Shown: positions 28,107 to 39,899 of the stretch, in pieces
Numbering within the stretch: position 1 is the first letter of the stretch
Layout: every line of letters begins with the position of its first letter
From: Eledone cirrhosa
Lineage: Eukaryota
DNA: 64,000 nt
NCBI GenBank assembly: GCA_964016885.1
Contig: OZ024742.1
Span: forward strand, 58,962,001 to 59,026,000
Direction: 5' to 3'
Notes under the pieces: generated by a model
What the model was told of the DNA's origin: nothing
The model's input: the letters and a program-made list of their open reading frames with translations, nothing else
Database searches by the model: none
Program-made: the position numbers and the translations under genes

Positions 28107-28471
28107 AGGAAGTTATAGTTCACTTGAAGCATTGTGTAATGAGGTATAAACGGCTGTATATGTATAATAAAGCCAAAACAGTGCAGGTATGGACATAGAA
28201 TAAAGAATGCAAATGCAAAAAATATTGTTGACAATTATTCTTTTACCTTAGATTTATTTAAGTGTCCTTAATTTTCGAGAAAATATCTCTTCTTCGGAGG
28301 GAAGTAAAGCGGTTAAACCAGTGTTCTAAATAACTTGCCAAGTCATGCTGACTTATATATATCATAACGATTTTCTGCCCTACAGTTGAGCTGAACCTAC
28401 ATTCTACTTTCTTAAGTATAGAGTACTTAGCTAAACGATGGTCTTACTGGTCTTAACTAGTAATCTCCAAA

Positions 28472-28543
<72 letters not shown>

Positions 28544-28554
28544 GGAGAAAATGA

Positions 28555-29100
28555 AACGAAATTTCATTTCTCACTATTAGTACGGCTGTTACTTAAATAT
28601 AAGTATGTATACGTACATACATTTATGTATACAGAGGTACAGTAGTATGTATGTATATATACATACATCCACACATATATATATGTACGTACGGATTTAC
28701 CGAACATTTATTATAATGTTCGGTGTGTTTGAAAACAAACATCCCGAATTAAGCCGTAGTGTCCAGCAACCATCGTTGCTCTTTTGTTCAACACTGACAA
28801 AGGAATGATGTACTAGTTTCAAGCTTATTAGCTATCGTCAGCACCGTATACCTTCCTGCCAGATGATTGAATAAGCTTGAAACTAGTACATCGTTCCTTT
28901 GTCAGTGTTGAACAAAAGGGCAACGATGGTTGCTAAACACTGTACTGCTTAATTCGGAATTTTGTTTACAAACACACCGAGCATTATGATAAATGTTCGG
29001 TAAATCCATACATACTTATATATATGTGTGCATGTATGTATATATATACATACTACTGTACCTCTGTATACATATATGTATGTACGTATACATACTTATA
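28555..29100. repeat. Inverted pair of PLE-like stubs (~28590-28830 / ~28870-29100); same family as 57.9-58.8 kb
   Basis: Reverse-complementary arms embedded in (TA)n. Confidence 0.8.
28801..28857 (-). ncRNA. Minimal type I hammerhead
   Basis: Minus strand GGTG-CTGACGA-T-AGCT-AATA-AGCT-T-GAAAC-TA-GTA-CATC; distal AGGAA/TTCCT helix. Confidence 0.65.
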
Positions 29101-29112
29101 TATATATATATA

Positions 29113-29492
29113 TTAGAATTGGAGCTCTGAAATAGCAATATATATATGAATGTATATATAATGTATTTTGCAATACACTTTATGCTTAATTAAAAGCATT
29201 TTGAAGACCGTATACTTTAATCTCAGCAAACAAGGGGAGATAAGCCGACAAGGCCTTGTTTCGCATTTATTGATGCTTATCAAGGCTAACTACTCCCTCC
29301 TGTCTACTGAGATCACTGATAGTAAATAATAGTAAATAATCAGGAACTGATTATACAGAGCGGTTGCCGGTCAGGCAGAAATTAAAAATTAGAATTGGAG
29401 CTCTGAGATAGCAATATATATATATGAATGTATATATAATGTATTTTGCAATACACTTTATGCTTAATTAAAAGTATTTTGAAGACCGTATG

Positions 29493-29495
<3 letters not shown>
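29113..29495 (-). mobile_element. Partial-tandem PLE-like stub with decayed hammerhead (family of the 16.3 kb motif)
   Basis: ~100 bp direct repeats (29113-29215 / 29388-29493); minus strand AGCC-TTGATAA-GCAT..ATGC-GAAAC-AAGGCCTT-GTC-GGCT; flanks similar to 16255-16495. Confidence 0.65.
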
Positions 29496-29557
<62 letters not shown>

Positions 29558-29774
29558 TATATACACAAACACTAATATATAAAATTACAACATAATCCTT
29601 TCACTGTTCGAGAGTGAGTTGGGATTTCCTGCTTTACTAGTTTAGATTAGAAAATAACACTCACTCATACAGACACACTTGAATACACGCACACACAGTT
29701 ATACAATAAAATCCACATACGCAGATATTAATGCACCCCCCCCCCCCCCACACACATAGTATATATATATATAC

Positions 29775-29814
<40 letters not shown>

Positions 29815-29819
<5 letters not shown>

Positions 29820-30010
29820 ATCTAAAGGCATTTTTCCAACTCAAACCCGCCCGTCCCCTCAATCTATCTTATTTCTTATTCTTTCTTCTGTAGAAGGACT
29901 AGCGTCCGAAACGTTAAGACCTTATTCCTGTTATATCAACCGTTAACCTAATATATCCCTTCCATATACTGTACCGATTGTGTTGTTATTTCTGTTTACC
30001 TTTTACATAC
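29815..30010 (+). mobile_element. PLE 3' stub with degenerate hammerhead
   Basis: Similar to 59783-59978; CTGTAGA-A-GGAC-TAGC-GTCC-GAAACGTTA. Confidence 0.6.
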
Positions 30011-30150
30011 CTATATATATATATATATACAAACCAATGTGGTTGAGAATCAGGATGCAGGAGTTTTACAAAATAAATATTTTGATAATCCAAAACGGAG
30101 AAAGAACGCTTTGCTAACATAAATTTTTAACATAAATTTTTATACATGAT

Positions 30151-30240
<90 letters not shown>

Positions 30241-30573
30241 CATATACCACGTGCGCTTTTCAACCACTTTTTAAAAATAATTTTCTTTATATATCATGAT
30301 GTCTATAGAACGTTTTCTAACGTCTACACTTTTTTCACTATAAATATATATATATATATATATAGTGTGTGTGTGTATTTGAATTTCGTATTTCCAAGGA
30401 AATATAGTATGTTTATAAATAAACACTTAGAAAGCCATAGCTATGAAAAACACTGGCAGCTAATGCCACCAAGTGGTGCTTGGCAGAAGCAAGGGCGGCA
30501 ATCGTCGATGCATTTCGAACTCAACTGGTTCTCGTCAGTATATATAGTAAACCCTTAGAGCAAATATTTATTA

Positions 30574-30698
30574 TTAGTACAGATTAAAGTTTAATCAAAG
30601 AATTTCTGCTTTCACCCTAGGCAGGGTCTTCTGCAACTCAGAAGATCCCGTTTAGGGTAAAAGCAGAAATGTTTTGCTTAAAATTTAATCTGTACTAA
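30574..30698. repeat. 125 bp hairpin formed by two back-to-back decayed hammerhead-like stubs
   Basis: TTAGTACAGATTAAA...TTTAATCTGTACTAA; arms read CAGAAGA-(T)CCC..GGG-T-(G/A)AAA; same family at 21856-21920. Confidence 0.65.
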
Positions 30699-30703
30699 CA
30701 GTT

Positions 30704-30734
<31 letters not shown>

Positions 30735-31177
30735 CATATACATACATATATATACACATATATATATATTTTATATATACATACACACACACGCGCGCGT
30801 ACATACGCACACACATATATGCGAAACGTAAACGGGAAACAACGAATCAAACATTACAGAACAATGACGAACACTTAATATCGTAAGAAAAAATTCTTAA
30901 CGTTTCGGACGCTAGTCTTTCAGAAGATAAAAAGAGTGAGAACAGGAAGAACGGAAAAAATATTTTAAGAAGTATAAGAATAAATTAACATATAAAACGA
31001 CCGGCCATTTGTGTGAGCTTGGAAAGCTCTTTTCCAAGGCGCAATATTGGGCAAGGTATGTTTAGGAAGATCAGCATTCACCCATATATGGCAATTTCCA
31101 TTGTCTACGCCACCGATATTGTCCAAGGCCGTATCATCACAAGTTATTTTCTCCAAGTTAATGGGATGGAACAACAT

Positions 31178-31310
31178 AAAATAATTGTTTCTACATTTGG
31201 CACAAGGCCAGCAATTATCGCAATACATTACTGGTATTTTATTTTATTGACCCCGTAAGGATGAAAGGTAAAGTTAACCTCAGCGGGATTTGAACTCAGA
31301 CCATAAAGGG
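31178..31310 (-). mobile_element. SINE fragment, Meta-domain-like family
   Basis: Reverse complement of the 20989-21100 copy. Confidence 0.7.
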
Positions 31311-31427
31311 ACGTAACTCTATGCCGAAAAGCATGGTTTCCGACCCCCCTACCGATACTGCCAAAAGGACACAACGCGTTGTCCAGTCCGGGTATCGAAA
31401 TCTTGACCATAACCACTAAGCCTTCAC

Positions 31428-31529
<102 letters not shown>

Positions 31530-31940
31530 TCCAGCGCATGAAAGTGGGCTGTGTGGCAGAATAGCTAGGCGGGAGGTCGGACTAAATACCCTGTGGGGTT
31601 ATTGTTCAAATCCCACACAGGATGAAGTTGTTTCATATGTTTACGGTGACTCAAATAATTATCAGTCCTGTACTAAGATCAACCTAATTAATTATTCCCT
31701 TGCCCTAAATGTACGCACTTGTGTATGTTTGAGAAAACAATATATACGTGCATATGTTATACATTAATATCTGTAAATATATCGATTTATAATAATATTG
31801 CCATGAGAAATTTTCTCAGGGGTGTGTTTTGCTATATAAATAAAGCTACGGCAGGGTCACACATATATAATATAGCGATTGAAGACGGGTTTTGCCGTAG
31901 TCCTAATGCTGTTGTCCATAATCACTGCTACAACAATGGC

Positions 31941-31996
<56 letters not shown>

Positions 31997-32324
31997 CCTA
32001 TCTATCTATCTATCTATCTATCTTTCTGTCTAACGTGTGGAATATCGCCGGTAAGTTTTTTGTTAATTTCTATGCAAAAAACCGATCTAATTGTTTGAAA
32101 AAAATACAACACTTTGTAGATTAACCCCCAAGCTGAATTGTCAGCTGGGTGGTAATCCCATTTTTCGCCCCTGTAGGGGCGAAAATTTTATTTAAAAGTT
32201 TGTCTTAAAATATCAAATTTTACAAAGTAAAAAAAAATTGAGCAACACTAGAACGCTGGAGAACGTTAATAGTGAAAAGAGAGAGAAAGAGGCAGATATT
32301 AACGTTATATCTGCTTCTGCTGCT

Positions 32325-34108
32325 ATGGACGTTGCCATAGATACTGTCACAAAAGAAAAAAATATATCAACATTTGAAAATGTTACAATTTCTACCGCCG
32401 AAGCGGAGAAAAATGACAATAACACACGGGAAAACACGGCAAAAAAACCCATTGACATACATACACATGAAAAAGACATCAACAACTCTACAGATACATC
32501 TACACATAAAATTTCCAACAACGATAACATCATTATTAACAACAACATCACACAAAAAAAGAAAATGTCTTTTGCTGACACAGTCAACAAGAAACAAGAT
32601 TTTATAAATCTTGATATCTCCAACGCAAGAGATATGCTCCAGCAAGGGAGAAAATTTGTAACTTTCGAAGAGAAGAGGTGGGTTTAGAATTAACTCACCC
32701 CTTGAAATAAAGGAAGAGACAAACCGCCGATCAGTCACTTTTAGGACTGTGTCAAATTCGTCAAGAAAACCGACATTTGTTAATCAGTCAGATATAGAAG
32801 ATTCTTTCAAGGAGATTCTAGGAAATGTCGATTTTCTCCAGCGAGGAAAACAGTACGGAAGTGTTTCCGTACTGTTTAAAAGCGAGACACTGGCCCCAAA
32901 AAACTCTGTGACACCAATAGTGTCAAAAGCATACACCTTTTTCCCTACATACATGGGGAAAAGGACACAAACAATAAAAATAAAAAACATACCTCCAAGC
33001 ATTAACATCTGGTGGATCTTGGCTGGCTTCGTAGAGCCAGAAACAGACATAATACTTTCGATACGAAAATCCATCCGACAAAGGTGGGCGGGCACCGATT
33101 CTGTTGCAAATGAAACCGGAGAGAATCTCCAAAATACCCGAAAGAGTCGTTATTGATAATAACAACAAAATAAACATTTCGGTAGAAGGAAGAAAATTTC
33201 ACTGCTTTCTCTGTGGTAGCACATCTCACCTAAAAGCCTCTTGTCCACAAACACACAACAGCAACATCATAAAAAAAACGCTATTACCAACACCAACACC
33301 AAAACAACCACCACCACCACCACAAGTACAACGACAGACGAAACGAGCAACCACACCAAAACAAACAGACACTCAACCAACAACAACAGAAAAAACAGAG
33401 ACAACACCCCTGAAGAACACATCCCCACTCCATCCCACTCCATCAAACACTACCACAAACACACATACCGAAACACCACCACCACCACACAACATACCCT
33501 TACCCCACACACCTGACGATGATTATTCATCGACGGATGAAGCTGCTTCTCCTTCTTTAAGTGAAGAAGAGGGAGAACCGCGGAAATCCAAAAAACAAAA
33601 AAAGAGACACCACAAAACCCCCAAAACTCCAATCACCAACACCAACACACAACCACAGACACAAACAACAACACAAACAACACCACAGTCAAAAACCCTC
33701 CTATCAGCAAAACCAGCACCAACACCACCCCAAACACAAGCACCCACCATAAAAAGAAAACTCCCAGATGAACAACAAACTAAAACAATACAACAAAAAC
33801 ACAAACAACAATACGCATACATCAACACAAACAACAAGAGTTTGATGGAGGTCATCTCCCAAAACCCCAAGGTGGAGACGGAGGGCAAAACTTTCGTCAA
33901 GGCAGAATCGTCTCCACACCTTAAACTTATAAGGGTTTCTATGGAAACCTATAAAGATCTGAAAATTAAATTTTCACAGGACGTGGGCAACCCCTGCCAC
34001 AAACCCATCAACCGCGTCCTGTTGAAAGGTTTCCCCACCCCACCCAACACCCAATCCAGCACCCAAATGGAGATTGAACAACCCGATCTCCAGGAAACGA
34101 AAAGGTAA
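32325..34108 (+). pseudogene. ORF1 of copy E (RRM-like region, CCHC knuckle, Pro/Thr linker), two frameshifts
   Basis: CFLCGSTSHLKASC knuckle; collinear with ORF 38037-39899; frame changes near 32670 and 33095; start codon uncertain. Confidence 0.8.
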
Positions 34109-34149
34109 GTGAACCTTTCGTCCTTTTTCTCCAACTTTTCTTCACCAAC

Positions 34150-37100
34150 ATGGCTGGTTTACGAGTTGGAACCGTGAATGTGCGTGGCCTAGGGATGCCC
34201 TGGAAACAGGGCCAACTTTTAAACGACCTTAGGTCACACAGTATGGATGTGATAGCCATCACCGAGTCCAGAATCCACAACAGGCAGCAACTAACCCCCA
34301 TCTTCGACGACTTTGAGATCTACGCATCTCTCTGTCAGCCAGGAGGTGGAGGTGGAGTGGCTGTTATGTTTCGGAAGAACCTGGACGTCGGAGTACAGCA
34401 AGTACACTTGGACCCGGAGGGTAGACTGGTAGTCCTAGACGTGAACAGTATCGGAGGTGGAGCCTTCAGACTGGTGGCCGTTTATGCCCCGACCGGGCAA
34501 TCGCAATCACGGCCAGACTTCTTTAAGCGTCTAGAGTCTTTTTTGGGAACGTCTCGCTCCTTACTTTTAGTGGGGGACTGGAATGGTATCCTAGATGCAC
34601 GATGGGACTATGTGGGAGCATGTCCCAGTAGAGCGGGGTGCAACAGCCTCAAAACTTTAATCGGCCAATTCCAACTGGCCGATAGGTATCGACTGGATTT
34701 CCCGACTGCACCACAGTGGACGTGGGTAAACCGCAGTGGGACATCTAGATCGTATTTAGATAGGTTCTTCATTAGAGAAAGGGACAAGGATATGTTAAGC
34801 TGTCCACGAATGCACATGGTTGCCTATTCAGATCACAAGTTAGTCGTCTGCTTAGTCAACCGTGATAGAATACATAGACAGGGTCCCGGATACTGGAAGC
34901 TGAACGTGTCGTTGCCGGCACGTAAAGCTTACAGTGAACGGATAAGTAAACTAGTCAAGCAACAGTTAACGGGAGCCATCGTCAACAATAGATGGTGGTA
35001 CTCTCTCAAGAAAGCAATTAGAATAGAATCGATAGGGTATAGCAGAGAGTCAGCCTTAGAGAAAAACAGAATAGAAAGAGAACTAGTAGCCAAGGTAGAG
35101 GAGGCACTTAGAAGTGGCAACGCGGCTAGAGTGTTAGCGTCGAGAACGGCACTGGACCAGTTCTTCGATGCGAAACACGAAGGCTGCGTGGTCAGAAGCA
35201 AAACACGTGCTCTAGGAAACGAAGGAGCGAAAGCTGTCAGCTGGGCCCGAGTGGCGGAGGCAAAAAGTGGCAACAAGTCCACGATTCGATCTTTGAAAGA
35301 CCAAAACGGACGCGTGCTACTTGACCCCAAACAAATGTGCGCGGCCTTTCAGCGGCACTTTGCGCGACTGTTTGAGCAGAACGACGGTGAGCCGAACGGG
35401 GCAATGGACTTTAGTTCATACCTCGACGACCTGCCGCGTCTCTCGAACACGGACGCCGAGTTCTGCGAAAGACCGATCACGGACACTGAGATACGGGACG
35501 CTCTGGGCCGCTGCGGGAAACGCAAGTCACCCGGTCTAGATGGTCTACCCTACGAATTTTACATAGGCATGCCGGACTTGTTCTCTGGCGTCCTCGAAGC
35601 CGTCTACTGCAATTGGCAGCAGAACGGGAGAATTCCCAGTTCTGCAGGCAAGGGCGTAGTAACGCTGATCAGGAAAGACGAGAACAAGGGGGACGAAATT
35701 AACAACTTCAGGCCCATAACTCTGCTCAACACAGAGTTAAAGATTTTGGCCAAGGTGCTAGCGACGAGGTTGGCGCTTGTCGTCGAGAACCTGGTAGGGA
35801 AAGCGCAAACGTGTGCAATCCCGACCAGGTCCATACACGACAACCTCCACCTCATGCGATACATCATAGAGAGGGTGGGTAGTAAACCCGGCTTCGGTGG
35901 GGCTCTGATCAACTTGGATCAGTCTAAGGCATTCGATAGGGTCGACCATCGATACTTGGAAGCGGTTCTCAAGGCGGCCGGTTTCGGTCCCGTGTTCAGA
36001 GGATGGATCGAGGCGATGCACACCAGCATCTGCTCGAGGGTCAAGGTGAACGGCTACCTATCGGAGCCGTTCGCAATCACGCGTTCCATTCGACAGGGAT
36101 GCCCTCTCTCCTCCATTCTGTATGTATTGACTCTAGAGCCACTACTGCGGAAATTGGAGCTGTTGCAGGGCATCCCCCTAGAACCGGGACTGCGCAAAGC
36201 GGCGTCGGCTTATGCCGACGACGCGACAGTAATGGTGTCGAGCACCTCGGAAATCGGGGTGATCGGCAACTTACTGAAAGAATACGAAACGCTGACGGGA
36301 GCAAAACTAAACCCAGACAAGTCTGTCGGTTTGCAACTCGGTACGTGGAGAGGCAAACCGATGACATCCGACAGCGTCGTTGGACGCTGGACGGACGGAC
36401 CGGTGAAATTGCTCGGGGTCTGGTTCGGTCCAGACCTCCAGGTGGAGAAAAACTGGAACGAGGTCACGGCCAAGGTGTTTGCACTCACTCAGAAGTGGGC
36501 AGAGTGCAAACTGTCCTTGAAAGGTCGAGCGGAGGTGGCGAACACTTTCATAGCGTCCGTCATCTACTACCGCTTGACTGTCGTGCCTTGTCCCCGTGAA
36601 CACCTCGCCAAGATGGAACGCACGCTCTTCCAGTTTCTGTGGAAGAAGCAGGCTCCGCTGGTGAGGAGATCCGTCTGCTGTCAGCACCCTTCCAACGGAG
36701 GGCTGGGAATGCCGTGGCTGATGATGCGCAAACATGCGCTGAGGCTGCGGCATCTCCAGGTATTCCTCACCGACCCCCAACCGGTGTGGGCACCGTTTGT
36801 GAGACAGGCTTTCCCACAGCTCGTCTCGCTAACGGAGCTGCAGTCCTGGGTGAAGAAAAGACCGAAAACGATGGGCGCCTGGCACATTGAATGCGCTCAG
36901 GCGCTCACAGTCCTCTGGCAAGCGGGGGAAGCAATCAGTGGAGACTCCACTTCGACATTCTATAGAGGGATTGTACGTTACAAGGGCGACGACGTGCTCG
37001 GAGAGACTCTGGGCGTCGAAGACGATGAGCTCACCAGTATGTTTGGTAGGACTTTCCGCCCGGGACCTATGGACAACTTCCAGAGGTCCCTGGCCTGGCA

Positions 37101-37596
37101 GTGCTACCGAGGAGCTCTACCGGTTCGTGACAAGATCTACAGGCACGGACGCCCTGGCAGGGATCCTTCCAAGAGGACGTGTCCAAGATGTGCGCAGGAC
37201 ATTGAAACAGTTCTGCACGCAATTGTACACTGCCCGGGCGTAAGCGACCTGTGGAACTATGCAGAACAACTGCTGTCGCGTATGGGACAAATACAGTTGA
37301 CTGCCGAGTCCATAGTAAGGATCAAACCGCCAGACTCTTTCAAAAACGAAAGAGAGGCGGTTTTCCTCTGTACGGTGGCTATGGTGAAAGAAGTTATATG
37401 GTGGACGAGGTTGAGAGGACTGAGGACAGATGTCTTTCTCTCCGGACAACAATTGATTCCATTCTTTAAGTATCACTTTAGAAGGAGAATCAGGGTGGAG
37501 AGAGAGGCACTGCACCCCAGTAAATTTACTGAAAGGTGGGTGAATGAAGCGAAAATGGCCCGAGTGATTGGGCCTTCTCTGTTTATAAGCCTGTAG
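34150..37596 (+). CDS. Intact ORF2 polyprotein, 1148 aa: APE endonuclease, reverse transcriptase, C-terminal CCHC zinc finger (L1/Tx1 clade)
   Basis: Endonuclease motifs NVRGL, ITES, GDWN, YLDRF, YSDH; RT motifs KSPGLDG, FRPITLLN, DQSKAFDRV, QGCPLS, YADD; CPRC-x8-H-x4-C. Confidence 0.95.
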   Translation: MAGLRVGTVNVRGLGMPWKQGQLLNDLRSHSMDVIAITESRIHNRQQLTPIFDDFEIYASLCQPGGGGGVAVMFRKNLDVGVQQVHLDPEGRLVVLDVNSIGGGAFRLVAVYAPTGQSQSRPDFFKRLESFLGTSRSLLLVGDWNGILDARWDYVGACPSRAGCNSLKTLIGQFQLADRYRLDFPTAPQWTWVNRSGTSRSYLDRFFIRERDKDMLSCPRMHMVAYSDHKLVVCLVNRDRIHRQGPGYWKLNVSLPARKAYSERISKLVKQQLTGAIVNNRWWYSLKKAIRIESIGYSRESALEKNRIERELVAKVEEALRSGNAARVLASRTALDQFFDAKHEGCVVRSKTRALGNEGAKAVSWARVAEAKSGNKSTIRSLKDQNGRVLLDPKQMCAAFQRHFARLFEQNDGEPNGAMDFSSYLDDLPRLSNTDAEFCERPITDTEIRDALGRCGKRKSPGLDGLPYEFYIGMPDLFSGVLEAVYCNWQQNGRIPSSAGKGVVTLIRKDENKGDEINNFRPITLLNTELKILAKVLATRLALVVENLVGKAQTCAIPTRSIHDNLHLMRYIIERVGSKPGFGGALINLDQSKAFDRVDHRYLEAVLKAAGFGPVFRGWIEAMHTSICSRVKVNGYLSEPFAITRSIRQGCPLSSILYVLTLEPLLRKLELLQGIPLEPGLRKAASAYADDATVMVSSTSEIGVIGNLLKEYETLTGAKLNPDKSVGLQLGTWRGKPMTSDSVVGRWTDGPVKLLGVWFGPDLQVEKNWNEVTAKVFALTQKWAECKLSLKGRAEVANTFIASVIYYRLTVVPCPREHLAKMERTLFQFLWKKQAPLVRRSVCCQHPSNGGLGMPWLMMRKHALRLRHLQVFLTDPQPVWAPFVRQAFPQLVSLTELQSWVKKRPKTMGAWHIECAQALTVLWQAGEAISGDSTSTFYRGIVRYKGDDVLGETLGVEDDELTSMFGRTFRPGPMDNFQRSLAWQCYRGALPVRDKIYRHGRPGRDPSKRTCPRCAQDIETVLHAIVHCPGVSDLWNYAEQLLSRMGQIQLTAESIVRIKPPDSFKNEREAVFLCTVAMVKEVIWWTRLRGLRTDVFLSGQQLIPFFKYHFRRRIRVEREALHPSKFTERWVNEAKMARVIGPSLFISL

Positions 37597-37829
37597 GTTG
37601 AGGAAGAGAGCAAAAGGAAGAAAGGAGCACTTGCACAACACGCTCCTTGAGTTGAGGGTTGTTCTATCGACGGGGTATTAAACAACCCATTTGTGGCGCC
37701 TCCCCCCTATTGGGGATTTCGATTGTTGAAATTGTTTGTTTTTATATTTTTTACACGACTGTATGTAAAATCCCCGGCATGTCTTTGTATTGTCCCCTTT
37801 CTTATTGCGCCCTTGTGGCTAATAAAGAA

Positions 37830-37862
<33 letters not shown>

Positions 37863-38063
37863 GATAGAGTAAGACACGCTTCGCATCGACTCCGCTATTC
37901 CATCGGGATTTACCCTTACTATTGTAAGTACCGGATAAATTTTTTAGTGCAACACATTTGGAACACTAACCCCTGTTATTTAGGGAAACATTTTTGCATT
38001 TACCCCCTTTTTAGGGGGTAAAATAAATATCTATTTTTGCCGAAAAATTTCTTTCTTGGCAGC

Positions 38064-39899
38064 ATGGCGGAAAAGATGGCAGACATGTCTGCCATTAGCT
38101 CTGCCACGCCCCCCAAGTCTGAAGAACAAAAAATAATTACAACAAAATTAGACATTGAAACAAACAAACAAAATGAAAAAACAAATGTTAAGGAAAATGA
38201 GCAAACAGAAAACAAACAAACAGAAAATAATACAAATAACGACAGGGCAACTTTCGCCCAGAAAACAAAGCAATCCATTACATACACACCAATTGACCTA
38301 ACTGCCGCCAGAGAAAAACTGGCCGAAGCAAAGAAACATATTGTTTTGGGGGAGAACGGAATGTTTTCCATTAACTCCCCCCCAGAATTCAAGAAAGCCA
38401 GAGCAGAAAACACAGTTATATACAGAACTATACTGAACCAGACAAGAAAGCCAGCACAGCCCAGCCAAATGGAAATAGAGTTAGTCCTAAAAGACTATAT
38501 GAAGAATATTCTCTTCATACGAAAGGACCGACTCTATGGCAGCATTTCGGTCCTAACAAGAGACAAAGAAACGGCGGAGAAGCTTTCCCTAAGCCCACTC
38601 TCGTCGACAACATATAGCTTCTATCCCTCCTACATGGGTAGAAGAACACAGAGAGTAAAAGTAAAAACAATGCTGCCCACAATGGACTTCTGGTGGGCTA
38701 TTGCTGGCTTCATTGATATGAGCGAAGACACTATGCTGTCAATGGGGAAGGCAACTGGAGATGCGTTCCTGGGAATGGGCCTCGACATACTAGTCCAAAT
38801 GAGGCCCGAAAGAATAGCACAAATCCCGGATCGCATCTGGCTGGATGACCTTACCCCAATAGACATAATTGTAGAGGGGAGAAGACCAGCATGCTATTTA
38901 TGCATGGAAAGGGGACACGTTAAGGCTAACTGCCCGAAACGTATCCCCCAAAAAGGACTATTGCCCACACCCACCACAAACAGTACACCAGCACCACCCA
39001 CCTCCAAAAATACACTAATACCACACACAGCAAACAAAATACAGACACCACCAACCACAAACACAACACAAACATCACCACCACCAGCACCAAACACAAG
39101 CACGACACAAAAATCACCACCACCAACCACAACACAAACATCACCACCACCATCACCAACCACAAGCACGACACAAACATTACCACCACCACCACCACAA
39201 AACCCATTCCAAACAAATAATAAAAAAAACAGTAACAAATCTACCCCTCCCGCAAAAAAAAAACAACCACACAACACGTCCCTCCCACCTAGCGCTGAAG
39301 AGTTTCCCCCAACTTCTGAAGAAGAAGGAGGAGAAGCCTTCAGACAAGTTAAAAGAAAAAAAAGAAAACACACACCCAGCACACCACAAATAACCCACAC
39401 ACAAACACCAACTCCAATCAAAAACACCCCACCCTCAACAAACAAAAATAAATCTGCGCCTCCCCTCTCCGAAACATTGACAGCATCACAAAAAAAGACG
39501 TTGCAATACACATATATAAATAAAGAAAACAAAAAACTGGTTAAATTAATAAACAATAACCCTATGGTGCAGACCGAAGGGCCAAACTTTATCTCAACAG
39601 AGAACTTCACCCATTTAAAAATGATAAAGGTCCCTCTGGACCTTTATCGTTCCTTAAAAGAACAATTTAGACGGGACGTGAGCCCCCCCTGTTTAAAACC
39701 GTTGAATCGCGTCCTCTTGAAAGATTTCCCCATAACCGCCCCTCTCCCTGACACAACTCCAAATACCCCAACCCCACCACACACGTGTACCCCCACACCA
39801 CCACAAAACATCCCTCCACCCAACACACCTGATGCCATGGAAATTACGCAACCCGGAGAGGTAAGTGCTTTTCTTTCTTCACTTTCAACACCAAAATAG
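38064..39899 (+). CDS. ORF1 of copy F (nucleic-acid-binding protein, CCHC knuckle)
   Basis: Open ~610 aa from the first ATG; CYLCMERGHVKANC knuckle; Pro/Thr linker; basic KRKKRK; conserved C-terminal module. Confidence 0.88.
   Translation: MAEKMADMSAISSATPPKSEEQKIITTKLDIETNKQNEKTNVKENEQTENKQTENNTNNDRATFAQKTKQSITYTPIDLTAAREKLAEAKKHIVLGENGMFSINSPPEFKKARAENTVIYRTILNQTRKPAQPSQMEIELVLKDYMKNILFIRKDRLYGSISVLTRDKETAEKLSLSPLSSTTYSFYPSYMGRRTQRVKVKTMLPTMDFWWAIAGFIDMSEDTMLSMGKATGDAFLGMGLDILVQMRPERIAQIPDRIWLDDLTPIDIIVEGRRPACYLCMERGHVKANCPKRIPQKGLLPTPTTNSTPAPPTSKNTLIPHTANKIQTPPTTNTTQTSPPPAPNTSTTQKSPPPTTTQTSPPPSPTTSTTQTLPPPPPQNPFQTNNKKNSNKSTPPAKKKQPHNTSLPPSAEEFPPTSEEEGGEAFRQVKRKKRKHTPSTPQITHTQTPTPIKNTPPSTNKNKSAPPLSETLTASQKKTLQYTYINKENKKLVKLINNNPMVQTEGPNFISTENFTHLKMIKVPLDLYRSLKEQFRRDVSPPCLKPLNRVLLKDFPITAPLPDTTPNTPTPPHTCTPTPPQNIPPPNTPDAMEITQPGEVSAFLSSLSTPK

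Larger units (their letters stand above)
32024..37830 (+). mobile_element. Tx1-like LINE copy E, apparently full length (~5.8 kb)
   Basis: 5'UTR, ORF1, intact ORF2, 3'UTR ending AATAAAGAAA; (TATC)n at 31941-32022 and 37831-37860. Confidence 0.95.

Noticed and set aside
36003-37641. Overlapping alternate-frame and antisense ORFs within ORF2
   Set aside because: Expected in GC-rich coding DNA; boundaries not conserved between copies
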